Shown: positions 50,684 to 64,000 of the stretch, piece after piece | Layout: each line of letters begins with the position of its first letter | Numbering within the stretch: the stretch's first letter is position 1 | Origin: Balanoglossus misakiensis | Taxonomy: Eukaryota > Animalia > Hemichordata | Reading direction: 5' to 3' | Assembly (NCBI GenBank): GCA_040954595.2 | Contig: CM082581.2 | Coordinates: 9,403,878-9,467,877 of the forward strand | DNA length: 64,000 nucleotides | The notes under the pieces: model-generated | Database searches by the model: none | What the model saw: only the letters and a program-made list of their open reading frames with translations | What the model was told of the DNA's origin: nothing | Program-made: the position numbers and the translations under genes

Positions 50684-50893
50684 TTGACCCTGTTGGATGT
50701 TTTCTGAATAATTGTCCTGCTATTTATTCAACTTGTACAAAGTTTTGGACAGGGAAGAGAATGTTCAAGAAAGTCACCTGAGTCGACAGACAAAAGGTTG
50801 GACAAACGTTCAATTATTTCAACATAGAGCCTTGTATTACCGTCGACATAAATGTTGGAAAACAAAGTATCGAATTAGAGCGGAGAATGCGCC

Positions 50894-50899
50894 AATAAA
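50894..50899 (+). terminator. Candidate polyadenylation signal of the GPCR
   Basis: First AATAAA I found, about 210 nt after the stop; another lies near 52146. Confidence 0.35.
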
Positions 50900-52296
50900 C
50901 ACTGCTTCTTGTGTTGACCGTAATTAGAAATGACGGAAGTTAGAAATACCTCCAGTGGCCTGACACGAACTCTGTTCGATAAAGCTCACCAAAGGAACGC
51001 AGTCGGTATTTAATGGAAGAGATAATGAAGGCACTATATTATTGATTTACGGCAGTGTCCCGACGATCTGACAAACGCGACGCCGTTTATTGTTGCATCT
51101 CGCTTAACTTTGACCTCGATGTAACACCATTCCGCTGGAATTGGTTTGTTTTTTAATTTACTGCCGGTCGTTTCAGTCGCTTAAAGGGAACAAACGATCG
51201 TCGATTTCTCCAGGCTGTTTTAGCGATGATCAGTCGCAAGACATTAGCTACGTGACAAGGCGAAGCAACTTGATTTGTAATATACCTCAGGCATCTTGGG
51301 GTACTTGTCTGAGTTCATACGTGAGCGTTTTTGCTCGCTTTGTCAAGTATACTAGATCATCTCAGCGGTGTATGTATAAATTGAAAACGCGTATAGAGTT
51401 TTTAATATTTAAGAGGATAAGGCGAAATGTATGTCCTGGCTTGGAATTGTATAGTACTGTTTGAAACATCAGAATTTGTACTGGTAGAGATTTTACAAGT
51501 CTCTGAGAGTCGAGCCAGAAGTTGATGTCATGTCAATGTTTGCGTAGGGTGGGAGGAGGGGTTACACGCACGCAAAGTGTCATTTTAAAGTATGTAAACT
51601 GTTTGTGTTTCACTGCATTTTGTTCACACTACAATGCTGCGTGTTTTAGTTTGATGACAGACTCTTTATGTTTTAATGAAATTTATGCCATTTTATTTTT
51701 TATTTTATTATTGGCCGATCTACCTTGCCAACTAGCTTGAAATGAGAAACAAAATAATTAATAATTAATTAAAATGCGTCTCAATTTAACTTACATGTAC
51801 ACGTAGGTTGTCGAAGTCCCTGGCGTACACCGCCCACAAAAGTGTATTCTGTCTTGTCTAAAGGTAACGCCATTGCAAATACGCATACATACATATTTAA
51901 TTTACACTTACATTTTTTCAACATTTCTGTATGTAAGGCACGTTCGCACACGATCTTCTTCGATGATTTAATAATTAAGTAATTTACATGTAAATGACAT
52001 TCTGTTGATTCCATTACATTCAAAGTCTTTCTGCATCACCAATATTTTCAAGAATGTATATCTTGGATTTGTAAAGAAGAAATTGCATTCATGTATGTGT
52101 GCATATTGCATTACGTCGTACATATCCACTTTCCGAAGTTCGGGCAATAAAGTATACATTTGTCTTGATAAGAATAGTTCAGCTGTTAATCCTGAACGGA
52201 TCGGAGGGAAATGATTGCCTAGAAATCACTGTCAGAAAAAAAAAGAACTTATCGGTGTTGTTGGGAGAGGGATACAGTGGTAATACATGGCTTAAC

Positions 52297-52360
<64 letters not shown>
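52297..52360. repeat. (TCTG)n microsatellite, 16 units
   Basis: Perfect tandem TCTG run. Confidence 0.97.
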
Positions 52361-52361
<1 letters not shown>

Positions 52362-55300
52362 GTCTGATATTCGACATATATGGTAAAAATAACAGTTTGT
52401 GGGGAAATGTCACGTGATCGAGAATTCCAATTTGGCAATTACTCGAAAACAACATACCGGTTGCTCGCATTCTTTAATGTCTAATCAAGTTTGGCGTTTC
52501 CGCTACTGTAAACATCTTTGGTCTGAAAATGTTTTAGGGGTTCTGGAGTGCATTTGATTTCAATCCTGCGCCGATTGACGACCGCGCAAAAATTCGTAAT
52601 GGGCTTCGACAGTGGCCAGAAGTGCGCAGTGTTTAGACTGGGAGAGGCGGAATGCCCTCATTTATTGCGGACAAGAAATTCGCTATTAAGGCGTTCTTGG
52701 CAGAATGTTAGAAACACGGACAATCACTCAAAGTTATCGCATTTCAAAAGCTATTTACATCTTTAACATGGTAACGATAACACACGCGTTTATCGGTAAA
52801 CAGTGTTTATTTCTTAACGATCCCAACTTTTAGTCGTCCTGTAAAAAAATCTAGACTGACCACTTCGAGTTGGCCCACTTTATGATAACATTACGTATAG
52901 TTTAAATGACGGGATCTTGATATCACCTCTTGGTTGATAAAATTCTTATGACAGAATTTATAACAGGCACCGATGGCATTCTGTTGTCGAGAGCTGTGCC
53001 AGGCATTCCTTCGGAGGTCGGTTGCGGTCAAGGCGGACACGCCAAATGTTGAGTTCGATGCCATGGAGAACATTGAACTCTATATATATATAGATTCACC
53101 ATATCCCGGCTATTTCATAATGCATTACCATATATACCATTTAAATCAGTTAGTACTCAAAGGTGCAAAAGTGAACAATCTAAATATGTTCTAAAATGCA
53201 TAACTTAACATTATTGATATCACTTTTTATTGTTGATTGAATTCATAAAAGCCGTAATGCCCAATGCAGACAAACTTTCGGATAAAAAATAATTGTCCCC
53301 CAAACCTAGATTTTCTGTAGGCTATTGACACAATCTTATCTGAATTATTAGCATCAAAAATCGTAGAATCAATTTCATATTGTGCGAGCCTATTACCGGC
53401 GAGAAGCTGATTACGACTGTTGGCCATGCATCCGTCAAGCATATCACAAAACCACCGGCAATTATTTCACGCAGAGTAGTGGCAAGAAACGAATCTGATT
53501 TGTTCGCTAAACGAGGCTATGTTGTTCCATTAGTTGCTCAGGTTACAATTCGAGACATATATCCTTGACTCAGATTCACCCGAAAAGCCGAATTCCAATC
53601 CACTCTGAATGTACGCCTGTCTACTGTTTCAAGAAAAGCGACGATGAAGAGCAGCGGTTTTTTATAGAAGCAATTACGGTTGACGGGTGACCGCGCCACC
53701 AGAACAGAAGGCCATAAATAGACCGTCACATTTACAAACAAAGTCAAAGTCAGGGTCGTGCCTTCGCAGCAATGGAATCCAGCAAAATGAAAATATGCAG
53801 TCAACAGTCGTGATCCACGTCTCCTTATCGTTCATAGATAAGAGTGTAAGAGTTCAACGACTCGCCTCAGTGGGTCCTTTATACATGTACTAGTTCAAAG
53901 CAATAATAACGCTCCCTATATTACATCGAGGCATCTGCAAAGTTGTTTTGCACGAGTGGTCGGCACTATTAACCAATTGATGATCAAGTAACTGTCTCAA
54001 TCTCTCATACAGTTGATAATTAGGCCTTTATCCGGTGATTTACTTGTAGAACGAGAAAGAAAAGCCTTCTAGCACCCGACTCAAGGGCTTATTTTGGATT
54101 TCAGTAAGAATATAATAGGCCTTCTGATTCAAGGTCAACTTTGCTGTTAAGAAATATAAGACTCTTATACTGACTAACTGGCTTTCATCACTTCTTTTTT
54201 GCCAACTTGAGACCTAAACCTGTTTTAATGGTACTTCTGTATTTTGTTTTCCTTTTTTTATGTTCCGGTCAGGTATACATTTTGTACTGTGTTCTTCGGG
54301 CGGCAATATGCAAATGTGAAACACGTAACATGCTAAGTGGTACATAATTAACGAGTTTGGTTGGTTGATCGTTACAGCACGTGTTAAACGCGTAATGAAC
54401 ACTTTCCAACGTCTGCATAACAATAGCAATTTGCATTTTGTTTTCATCTCAATTGAGACAAGCATCGAAAACGAAAACGGCCCAAAACTATATCTACAGT
54501 ACATGGATTAGTGATACATTTACTGACACAAATGCGTTGCTTGATGGAAGCTTATCATTATCAACAACTGCGACGTTTGTTTTCCTTCGTGGTATTGACT
54601 TTGGTGGGGTGAAGTTTGTTGGACATAGGTGAATGCGATGCGGGCATAGGAATTATGCAGTGCCGGTAAGTAAATGAACGAACCAAGATTTTGTGTCACT
54701 GACTCCAGTTTTTGGACGAGGCCTGGGCACTTGACAAATAGGCAAAATGAATCTTGTCAGGTGTCTATGATTGAAATTTAGGACTTCTCCGCGGAAGTCT
54801 CGCAAGGTTTCCTGTAACAAGTCCAACATTTTGATCTCAAGAAACGAGCGCGGGGTGATATTCAGGGGTTTTGCGTGGCTGATTGTGATTGCCCAGTTCG
54901 TTTGACAACTCACTCGTATAACAGGTGTACAACATGTGCACAAACGCCGTAAGCTATCACGAGAATAGGCCTTCACACCGACCCAAATACACCACTATGC
55001 GTCATATTGAAACTTTCATTATGTGTAGTGGTCGATTCAGATATATCCCCTTTCATGATGTCGACCAATCGCCAATAAAACTATAAAATGACCATATCTT
55101 CATCAATTAAACGGGACTTCACTGATTTGCATCAGGCTTAGATTTTGAGAAGTATGGGCAGTTGTCGATTGTAAAAATAATTTTAACACTTCAGGATTTA
55201 ATGCCCAATTCCCTATGCACTCAGCGCAGGATGTAAGAAGACATGCGCATAGGTTTTACATGTACTTTTGTGCACCTGTTAAGAGTAACAGCTGAAAAGA

Positions 55301-55609
55301 AATCACAGAAAACCTTCCGAGACTACCCTCACCCTAAATCATTTATGTACCCCTCAGCTCGAAGTAAACATGTATAGTCAGACTGAGGGCGCCATAACTC
55401 CAACTGTTACACACACACAATACTGTCGTACAGGTATGCGGAGCGCATATGTTAAAATGTTTGTATTATGTAATAATGTAATAATTATCGTTACTGTCCT
55501 GACACAGGTGTTGCGGACACAAGTCAGATGGCATGGCGAAGCCGGACGGCGTACGAGGAAAAGAGAGGTCAGTAAAACCACATACATTGAGTGAAGGGTT
55601 AGAGTAAGG

Positions 55610-55654
55610 GGAGAGAGAATGAGAGAAAGAGAGAGAGAGAGAGAGGGGGGGGGG
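55610..55654. repeat. (GA)n-rich purine tract followed by poly-G
   Basis: gagagagaatgagagaaagagagagagagagagaggggggggg. Confidence 0.85.
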
Positions 55655-58601
55655 CATCTATAATTATAGGCATAGGATCCCAAATGCCGCTCGCTTTTAC
55701 TAAAATGACTCCGGCGCGCGCATACCACATTTTGAAAATCGTACTTACTAGTTGTAGACGCCATTCGTTGACACACCAAAATAGTCAGTTGGACGTTGGT
55801 GACGCTGTTTACAGTAACCGTAGCGAAAAGTTATGATAAGCCATGAAACATTCATTCACTTCAACTACTGAAGCACAGTGACATGAAAATCGATTCCTAC
55901 CGGGAAAAAACGTGGCTGCGACTTGGAAATTCATTTTGTTCAAATGCAGGGCTTCAAAGTGCCATCAACGTGTACTTAAGCAAACGTATTTCATTCGAAT
56001 TTTGTATAAATTAGGAAAGAACCAACACCAGTACCTTCCCGTGCAGTGAGATGTTGAGAACGACTAACATAAACATAAACATAAACATAGACTAGGAAAA
56101 AATAGGAGTAGCTTTCTTGTAGGTGGGTCTTTGAAGTCATCACTATGGTGCGTGTACACAAAGGGACATGAGTTAATATAGTTGTTTTGCCTAATTATCT
56201 TTTCTGCTTGTTCTCTTTCCCTGTCTACCATGAAAAGGCAACGTTAACCTAGAAAAGGCTCAGTCGCCGTCATGAATAAGCAATGAGTCATTTTTAAGCT
56301 ACAGTTTACGGGACTTCAGAGATAAAATTTGACATTTCATGCATGCATGTTTGCTAGTAATTCTTATAAATATGTTCTCAGTGTATATCAGTTACGAATT
56401 TCAAGGACATTTCGGTTGACGACCGTGCTTGCAAAGTTGGTGCACGGGTTTGATATACTAGTACTTCAGGGTTAATTGTCATCAGTCTCTTTCCTTCAAA
56501 CTTGCGACCGCCGCAGGCGGTGGTGAACGTGACAAATCCGTTTTTCAACTGACAACCGGTTCTGAAATCGGGACGCTCGGTTGCACTCCACTGTCGCCCA
56601 CGGTTTGGTTCACAATGCTCCCGGCAGGCCATTACAGACCACATCCGAACAGCTCAAAGTACCAGTGCGGATGAGGGGCACGCATGTGGAAAAAAATGAT
56701 ACGTGTGTTTCCGGCCGGGTTTTTTTTCTGTGGCTTCAGTCGAGATGTTCTGTTTGCGTTAAATTGGGTATCGATAAACCGGCTAACTGTTGCACGATTC
56801 CACTACGCACGTCATCATCTTTCCCCGAAGCCAATTATCGTTGTATCACTGGTGGCTGTAAGATTACGTTTGGGTAGCTAGACTTGACCGGCTTCGAGCA
56901 CGTTACTTCGTGATATACCAGCCATAGACTGTTCCTTCTAAGAAGCAAATTATCCTTTTTCCTCTGGTACCAGTACTTTCCGTCTTTTGTATTTCTCGAG
57001 GCTTTGCTGGATAATGCCACCCCGAAGTAGTATCAACCCATATTCCCAAATAAGGCAAACATAACATAAGTATATCAAGCATAGAAAGTATTTTCAAAAA
57101 TGGAACGTACCTTTTCAGCATAATGGAAGCATAATCTACGTTGTTAGGTAAAACCGGATATGAACTGATATGCTCCCATATTTGGAAACTATTTTAAAAT
57201 GGCACAAAGCGACATTTCATGAAGCTGTTTTTTTCTCCTAATACAATCGCACTGTTGTGGGGTCACTACCCTATCTGTGGCAAGTTACATAAGAGAGATA
57301 TGCCTCAACAATAATTTCTGAAATTATTATTAACCACAACAAATAGTCGTTGTCTAGAATAAGTGGCAATGTATTGTTATTTCCTGCTTTTTATGCATGG
57401 TTATATTATTGGTGTTTTCCGAGCTAAGGTTAAAATGTTGTCTGTACCAGACACGACACAGTCGTCGCCAAACGTAGTTAGAGTCTAGTCGACATCGATT
57501 CACTACAGAAAGTCAGATCATTAGTCAGAAGCACGGACGGGACCGTTCCGCGTAATTGCCGATAACTTTCACATACGCCATGGTCGTACCGCAAGTGTTA
57601 CACAATAACAAGAAGCTGATTATAACAAGAACTATGCCTTTAGGACTTTAAGATATTCCGAACAACATTATTAATCATAATATGATCCCAACCTGCCCGG
57701 AGATACATAATTGTTTGCTCATGCATTTTCTCGCCGTTACGTCATTTAGAAATATCTTTTCGCTATCCAAAATGTCGATGTCTCATTCGAAACAGATTAC
57801 ACAGGTTTTAATAATGAAAAAAATGACAATTTAAATACTGTGAGTACTTTATTGAAAAACAAAATATACCTTTTGTTGTGCAATATATATATTTATATAT
57901 AGATTCAAATATGAACATTTTGATGTGATTCGATCAGAGTTGAGCCAGTCTGAGGTTAAATTCGTTTTGAAGTTTGACAAAAAAGTGTAGGGAGTGTGCT
58001 AAGCTGTTCTCTAATTTGCATGCACAGCAAATAAACAATATGGATGTCACGTGCATAAGAACGTGATTTTGATGGTCAATGGAGTTTGTTTCAATTCACC
58101 GTGACGTGTTTTCTGCGACAAGTGCCAGCGTGAGATGAATTACTGACAGCGTGAAATTTGGTCATGAAAATCCTGCAGCGTCACCTTAAACGAAATGTTG
58201 ATCTCACACCACCGGAAATCATCTCAGATATGTGCGCACGCATACCGAGTGTTCCCTTTTGTCCTAAAAATAATTATGGATCACCGTGTGAATCTGAGGC
58301 ACCCCTGCGAAGCAAAACCCACTCAAATGATCATATCACAGAAACCCGAAAGTCAGTGGAGTGGTTGTGAGTACCATATATCCAACAATGCACCATCGGT
58401 GTGAACCGCCAAGTTAATTAGGAAATATCACTGAAAGGAGTAGAGACTCCCGACAGAGCCGTGTTGTCGTGATCACGAAGACAGCGGATGTTTTGTGGCG
58501 TTTGCGTTGGAATTATGAAATCGATGATGCATACTGTATAACCACTTTACACGTTGTTAAATTGAGAATCTTTAACCATCGTTACGCGGCTTATCGAATA
58601 T

Positions 58602-58633
58602 TTCATTCATTCATTCATTCATTCATTTTCATT
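58602..58633. repeat. (TTCA)n microsatellite
   Basis: ttcattcattcattcattcattcatt. Confidence 0.85.
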
Positions 58634-61600
58634 CGAGTTCAGGACAATTTACGATTTCGGTTGAAAATGACATATTTCAAGAAGCCACAGTGCAGCCGAT
58701 AGGCTCACCATAGCCTACAGGCGTCTGCTAATGTACCCACTCATAAAGTGCGCCCAATGTCGCTAAATGTCAGGTATCTCGCGAAGATGCACGTGAATGT
58801 TGAAGTTAGACAAAGCGTTATTATATCATGACGCACAAGTTTTGCCAAGGCACAGCTGACATGAATGGAAACAAAGGCGACGTGTGTGGGCACCGCGGGT
58901 GTGTGTTGAAGGTGTAAAGTATTCAAATACAAATTGCATGCAGCTACATGATCAAAACCCCCATAATTGGCGGTTAACTAGAGCAATTTGGTCATCACGT
59001 ACAAAGCCATACGGTTAAGTCTGTATTCGCGAAAGTATATCTTACCTTTAATCCCATTTTTCGTGGGAATGCGTATATACCAATATGACTTTGAGTGTCG
59101 TTTCTTAGGGATATTGAGTAATGCGAATCGGAATACAGTCGAACGCCGATTATCCGAACCTAGCTGTTGGGCGGGTTAGATTTTGTTCGGATATACACTG
59201 TAAGGGATAAGGAAGGCACGGGATTTAACAAGATAACGTCAAAGTAAACGTGAGGTTTGAGATTCTGTCCCACGGACATTGTTTAAGCCTCTTCGAATCT
59301 ACATTGCAAAGTTTGGAAAGTATTCCATCGACTTCCTCTGTAATAAATGTACCTTGACTGATTAATACTGTGCTTGTTCGCATGAAATTTAACTCCTTAT
59401 CTCGGTGTATTTTATTCCGGTGTTCAAAATCCATATATACAGACACGGTTTTGAGAATTCGAACAAAACAAGTCACGTTTGGTGGAAACAGTCGGGAAGA
59501 ATGATTAGCTACCAAATTTGTTCACGCGCAGTCCTTGGAGGCAAGCTATCACTTCATTAGTTAATGGAAGAGCCTGCTGACGGACATATTTTTCAGCAGA
59601 ACAGAAAGGTATTACTAAAATATCCATTGTGTACGTCTCCCAAACGCGGAAGACACTCGTGCACTTATGGGGCAACACGTGTCTGGTTACCGGAATAAAA
59701 CATGATGAAAATTTACTACAGAATTGTGCGGTATATTGAGACGATGGCAAATAGCTTAGCAAGTTCGAAAGTATTGAGAGTACTCTCCAAGCCACAAATC
59801 TAAGTCGGGGTTATCATAAGTCTTCACAAAGTTAGGTGTAAAGTAATTTCGCGCCGTGTTGTCGAAGAGGCTTTGAGAATGGCAGTTAAATTTGAATTTG
59901 TCTAATATTTACCTTGAAAAGGGGGAAGGTCAGCACTGACGCATGCTATTTTTCTGGAAGGTGTAATAACAGTCAGCCAGTCCAAAGTTGGGTATCTATG
60001 TCTTGCCCATGTGTATTATGTTGACTTCCCTGGGTCATTAAAAATGTAGGGAGGAATTATATACTGGAATACCGCGTCACATGCCTTCAGTTATTTTTTA
60101 CAAACAATTTATTGTCCAATTCGAATGGGTTTCACCAAGTGAGGTACTGGTGTCATATTACATGCCAAACATTTCAGCTACAGGCGGATAACAATAGGTA
60201 AAGAGACAAACATAAAAATGAACAATTGCCATGGTTACAGCGCCATCATCAATATCCGGTGTTTTGCTGTTTGAGCCGCCTGCCGACAGCGGTGGCAAAC
60301 GACAAACGTCAAACACGTCACGTATCGAAAAGTAATGACGCTGCATATGTTTTGTAAACGACTGTATCTTCAATCAATATCCACATTGTTACTTTATGCA
60401 TTGGGGGTGTTGCAGTAAACGACACTGTGTGACCATCAGCATCTGATTTAGTCACACGATACGTTTTAGAATATCAGGTTGTGTATATTTAAATTAACCA
60501 GGTACTTGGACTTTTCAAGACTTTTTGAATTAATACACATGTACGTTTACTGTTGAACCACATGTAGTTTTGTCATTTAGTATCAGCCAACGGGACAAAT
60601 TCGATTCTTGGATACCTCGATGTATTTCATCGTTTGCCCGTGGTCTTTGTTCCGCCGCTCAGGCAGCATGCATTGTAATGGAGTAGTTCAAAGTGGCCGG
60701 TATCTGTTGAAACGAGTCGAGTCAGACGTGTTCTCCAGTAATTTCTGTTTTTTAAACTTATAGTCAGGGCGTGCCACATCTGCAACTTTCGCCATCTTGA
60801 CACCAGCTCTCACTATTTTGTCCCTGGATGTTGTCTCCCCAGAAACCAATTATTTTGTCTCATTCAGAGAAATAACGTGAAAGGCCACAGCGGAAACAGG
60901 TAGAATGGACAAGCCCAAGGCACGATTTTGTCGTAATAATCGAATAACAGCTCATGACTCCACGGGTAATTTACCCTTTCCCGCTGCTTTTCCAGTGCTT
61001 TTTCCCTCTCTTGTTTTCACTAATTCAAGGCTTTCCTGTTGTCTGGATACACTGATGACGAATTAGTATCATCCCCATATCCCACGATCAGCTATATATG
61101 GAAGCGTAGTCGCTGCGTGGACTTAATTGAGACCCCGGAAAGACCCAAACTTCAACCAGAGCAATGCAAACTCCATCGTCACACAATTAACTTCTTGGAC
61201 GGCCAAGGAGAAGTTAAAAATATCCTCGGAATCGCCGCTTCTGCGTTTCCACATATTAAAACCTCGATTGTACATAAAATGACACACTAGGTTTTCTTGG
61301 TTCTGTCGTGCGCGTGCAATCGTGCAATCTTGAAGACTTTTTCGAGGAACAATACTTCCTTCCCTGCTATATACTCTTTCTGAGTAGTCGTCGACCGGGA
61401 AAGAGCAGACATCACGAGATAAGACTCGCCAGAGAATGACATAGCCGCTATTCTCGTGAACCGAAGGTTGCTATTTGGTATGTCCCCAAAGCAAATTTCC
61501 AATCCACTTCTGTTGTTTACCGGAAAACCCCCATTACGGTCTCGACAGTTGAAGGTAACAATTTGACGGCGCGGCACTATACATCCGTCATATGTCACGA

Positions 61601-62222
61601 TATTTCACAACGATATGCAACCATTATGTTTGGCGCCAACAGACCCATTTTGTCCGTTTATATATTAAAACAATCCCACAACGTATACATATTGTCTTTC
61701 TCAGTTTTGCTCCTCAACGTTAAACGTCTAAAGCTAGACACGTTGAGCTATATGTACATGTACATGTATTCGGCATATGCAGAATGCAGTGTAGATGCAA
61801 GAACGACTCACCTACTTCTTGTTTATCCCCCCCAAAATCAAAGAAAACCATATATTACCTAATTCCGAATATTAACATAAAGCATACGTGCGAAACCTAG
61901 GGTAAACCCTAGGTTTAACCAGCAAAGACAGGCAAAAAAGTTTAACAGCAAAATCCGACTAGGTGATGAATAAAACATTGTTCCCAGTCAACTGCTGCGT
62001 ATATACCGTTTGTTGAATGCAGATGATAGGGAGATGCTATTGCGTAGGGATATTTGCGCCAGATTTAACTAGAAACTGCATACATGTACACACGTAGGTA
62101 ACATTCATTGTTATTACAAATGCTAGGTTATGCAACTAGTGAAAGCGGGTTCCTAGATGTTAAAATGTACATGAAAACTGAGAAAAGTGGCACCCTGATC
62201 TAGAGTGCCCGGATTTTTACAA

Positions 62223-62339
62223 AGATTTTCTTTTAAATATACATTGCTTTGTAAGATATATTGTAAACGGAGACGTTTTTTCACAGATTTCTTTTTAAAT
62301 ATACATTGCTGTGGTAGATATATTGTAAACGGAGACGTT
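62223..62339. repeat. Tandem duplication, 2 copies of about 55 bp (period about 61-62)
   Basis: agattttcttttaaatatacattgctttgtaagatatattgtaaacggagacgtt at 62223 recurs as agatttctttttaaatatacattgctgtggtagatatattgtaaacggagacgtt at 62285. Confidence 0.92.
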
Positions 62340-63324
62340 ATAGTGGGGGATGATGAAAGTCAAACTAAAGCATACCAAATCGTCCCGGCCCGCAAAAACA
62401 GCTTTTACTTCGTATTTTTGACTTTTGTTGTGACGAAATTCAGTGTCGTACGTTAAGACGACTCCTTGTAATATGTATCAGTTGTGGGTACAAATGTGTA
62501 TTTTGGGGACAAAATTCAAATCTGAATACGGATTGCCGAGACCATGGAATCCATCCGTCTTAATGGACTCTAAGCTTGTTCTACGGGCACTGCGGATTTG
62601 CTTTCTCCATATACCCACTGGCAAGAAAATAAGACGATTGGGAAAAAATGCAGTGTGCAGAAAACTGTCCGGAAAAATTATGGTTTAACTTATTTATGCA
62701 TAAGGTTCTTGTACTTATAAGACTTTTTCTCGGAGGACTTTTTTCTTGGGCCTCCGGGCAGGTTTTCAGAAAACAAATCTTAAAAGTGATATTGTCAAGC
62801 TCATAAGTCGACATACGTGCGGTGCAGTGGATGGAGACTCGAGGTGGGGAGCCATCAGCAGTCACATATTTGAAACTTTTTAAGGCAAAATCGAACAATG
62901 GGGTGACAGATGATGAAAAAATTATGTATTGACTCGCGTACAGTGTGATCATATTGATAAACATTTGTGTGTTTGTTTAACCTAGTGTATGAGATGCATA
63001 GTCAAGTATCACATTACTGCGTACGATGTTTTTAGATTTTAAAATGCTTGTTATCAAATCTCTCGGTGCGAATGAAGCAAAGCGCCCCTATAAAGGTTAT
63101 AACTGGTTGCCCTGAAGACCGTGGGCGTGGCATTAGAACGGTCAGGGAAGCAGACAGGTTAACCTGTATGGCTGTGATTTTTTCCGGCAAAACAGAGATA
63201 TTTTGTCTTTGCCAACAAGTTTAATATGTAAGTCTTGCGTTGCTACGTTCCACTCACCAATCGTCGTCACCATTTCTGCTTGTTATATTCAGAGTAACGT
63301 TGTTCTGCAGCAATTAGAAGTTTA

Positions 63325-63430
63325 CCATCCATCCATCCATCCACTGAACCACCCACTCACCCCCCACACACCCCCACCACCCACCCAACCAGACATCCAG
63401 CAAACCAAAACCATCCACATACATACATAA
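63325..63430. repeat. Degenerate (CATC)/(CCAC)/(CATA) simple repeat
   Basis: ccatccatccatccatcc...cacccactcaccccccacac...catacatacata. Confidence 0.75.
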
Positions 63431-64000
63431 ATAGAAATTCTGTGGTTCCTTGAAGATGCAATGGCTTCGTTCCCGGTTACGGAGATCAGCACGTAATTTC
63501 TTTCTGCAAAAGTTATCTTTACCTCTAGCCTGAGGCTTCCGCTAGGAATGTCATTAGTTTCGTAATATTTGTCCCAAAGTTATCAACGATTTTCCCCCCG
63601 TACGTATTCTTATCATGAATGAGAACACCTCTACCACGATGTTTTCGTCACAGTAGTTAAGGAATTTCGCCAACAAATGGAAATATTGCCAACCGTACTG
63701 CACTTATTACCTTCGTTATGAGATCACCATGCTCTCGTCTTGTTTTAACTAGGAAAAATACACTGTATGGCTTAAATCGAGAATCCTCGTAGAACCCAAC
63801 AATAGAAATCAAACACTGCTAAGTGGCCCAATTATTCTCAGAGACTACACGCGAAAGCGACCTTAACCCTATAGATACTCGCGTGTACACGCCTGAGTGC
63901 AGGCAAAACCGACAATCGTTTAGTTAGATGCGAACTATGAACTGTGCAAAATATGTGTTTAATATGTTTTAACCAACAAAGCTTCCGCCTTGTGAACTAA

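Noticed and set aside
49540-50781. Alternative-frame and antisense ORFs over the GPCR
   Set aside because: Shadows of the GPCR CDS.
13692-54880. Scattered XRE-like TNGCGTG sites (near 13693, 32811, 54871)
   Set aside because: Not clustered; the number is compatible with chance.
1-64000. Prokaryotic systems (CRISPR arrays, operons, IS elements, rRNA)
   Set aside because: The sequence is spliceosomal eukaryotic DNA; no repeat-spacer arrays or rRNA/tRNA signatures were seen.

Overview
Eukaryotic (animal) genomic DNA, AT-rich with GT-AG introns. The proteins and repeats suggest an invertebrate, probably a deuterostome such as a hemichordate or echinoderm (inference only). Four protein-coding genes are supported. 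(1) A divergent aryl-hydrocarbon-receptor (AHR)-like PAS transcription factor on +, with six spliceable coding exons from 4994 to 10133; no bHLH exon was found in the window. (2) AP5S1 (AP-5 sigma), with an intronless CDS nested antisense in the 2.3-kb intron of the AHR-like gene and a housekeeping-type promoter next to the host splice acceptor. (3) A 73-aa secreted/GPI-anchored glycopeptide on -, only partly visible in the ORF track (signal-peptide exon 12119-12065 plus exon 11875-11709), with a CD24/CD52-like architecture and convergent with the AHR-like gene. (4) A serotonin 5-HT4-like aminergic GPCR on + (49511-50683) with an intronless CDS, a uORF-containing leader and about 36 kb of upstream non-coding DNA. 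That non-coding region holds motif clusters (CRE, E-box, RFX X-box, homeodomain), two notable hairpins, microsatellites and decayed non-autonomous DNA-transposon fragments. Almost all other ORFs in the track are chance or shadow frames.
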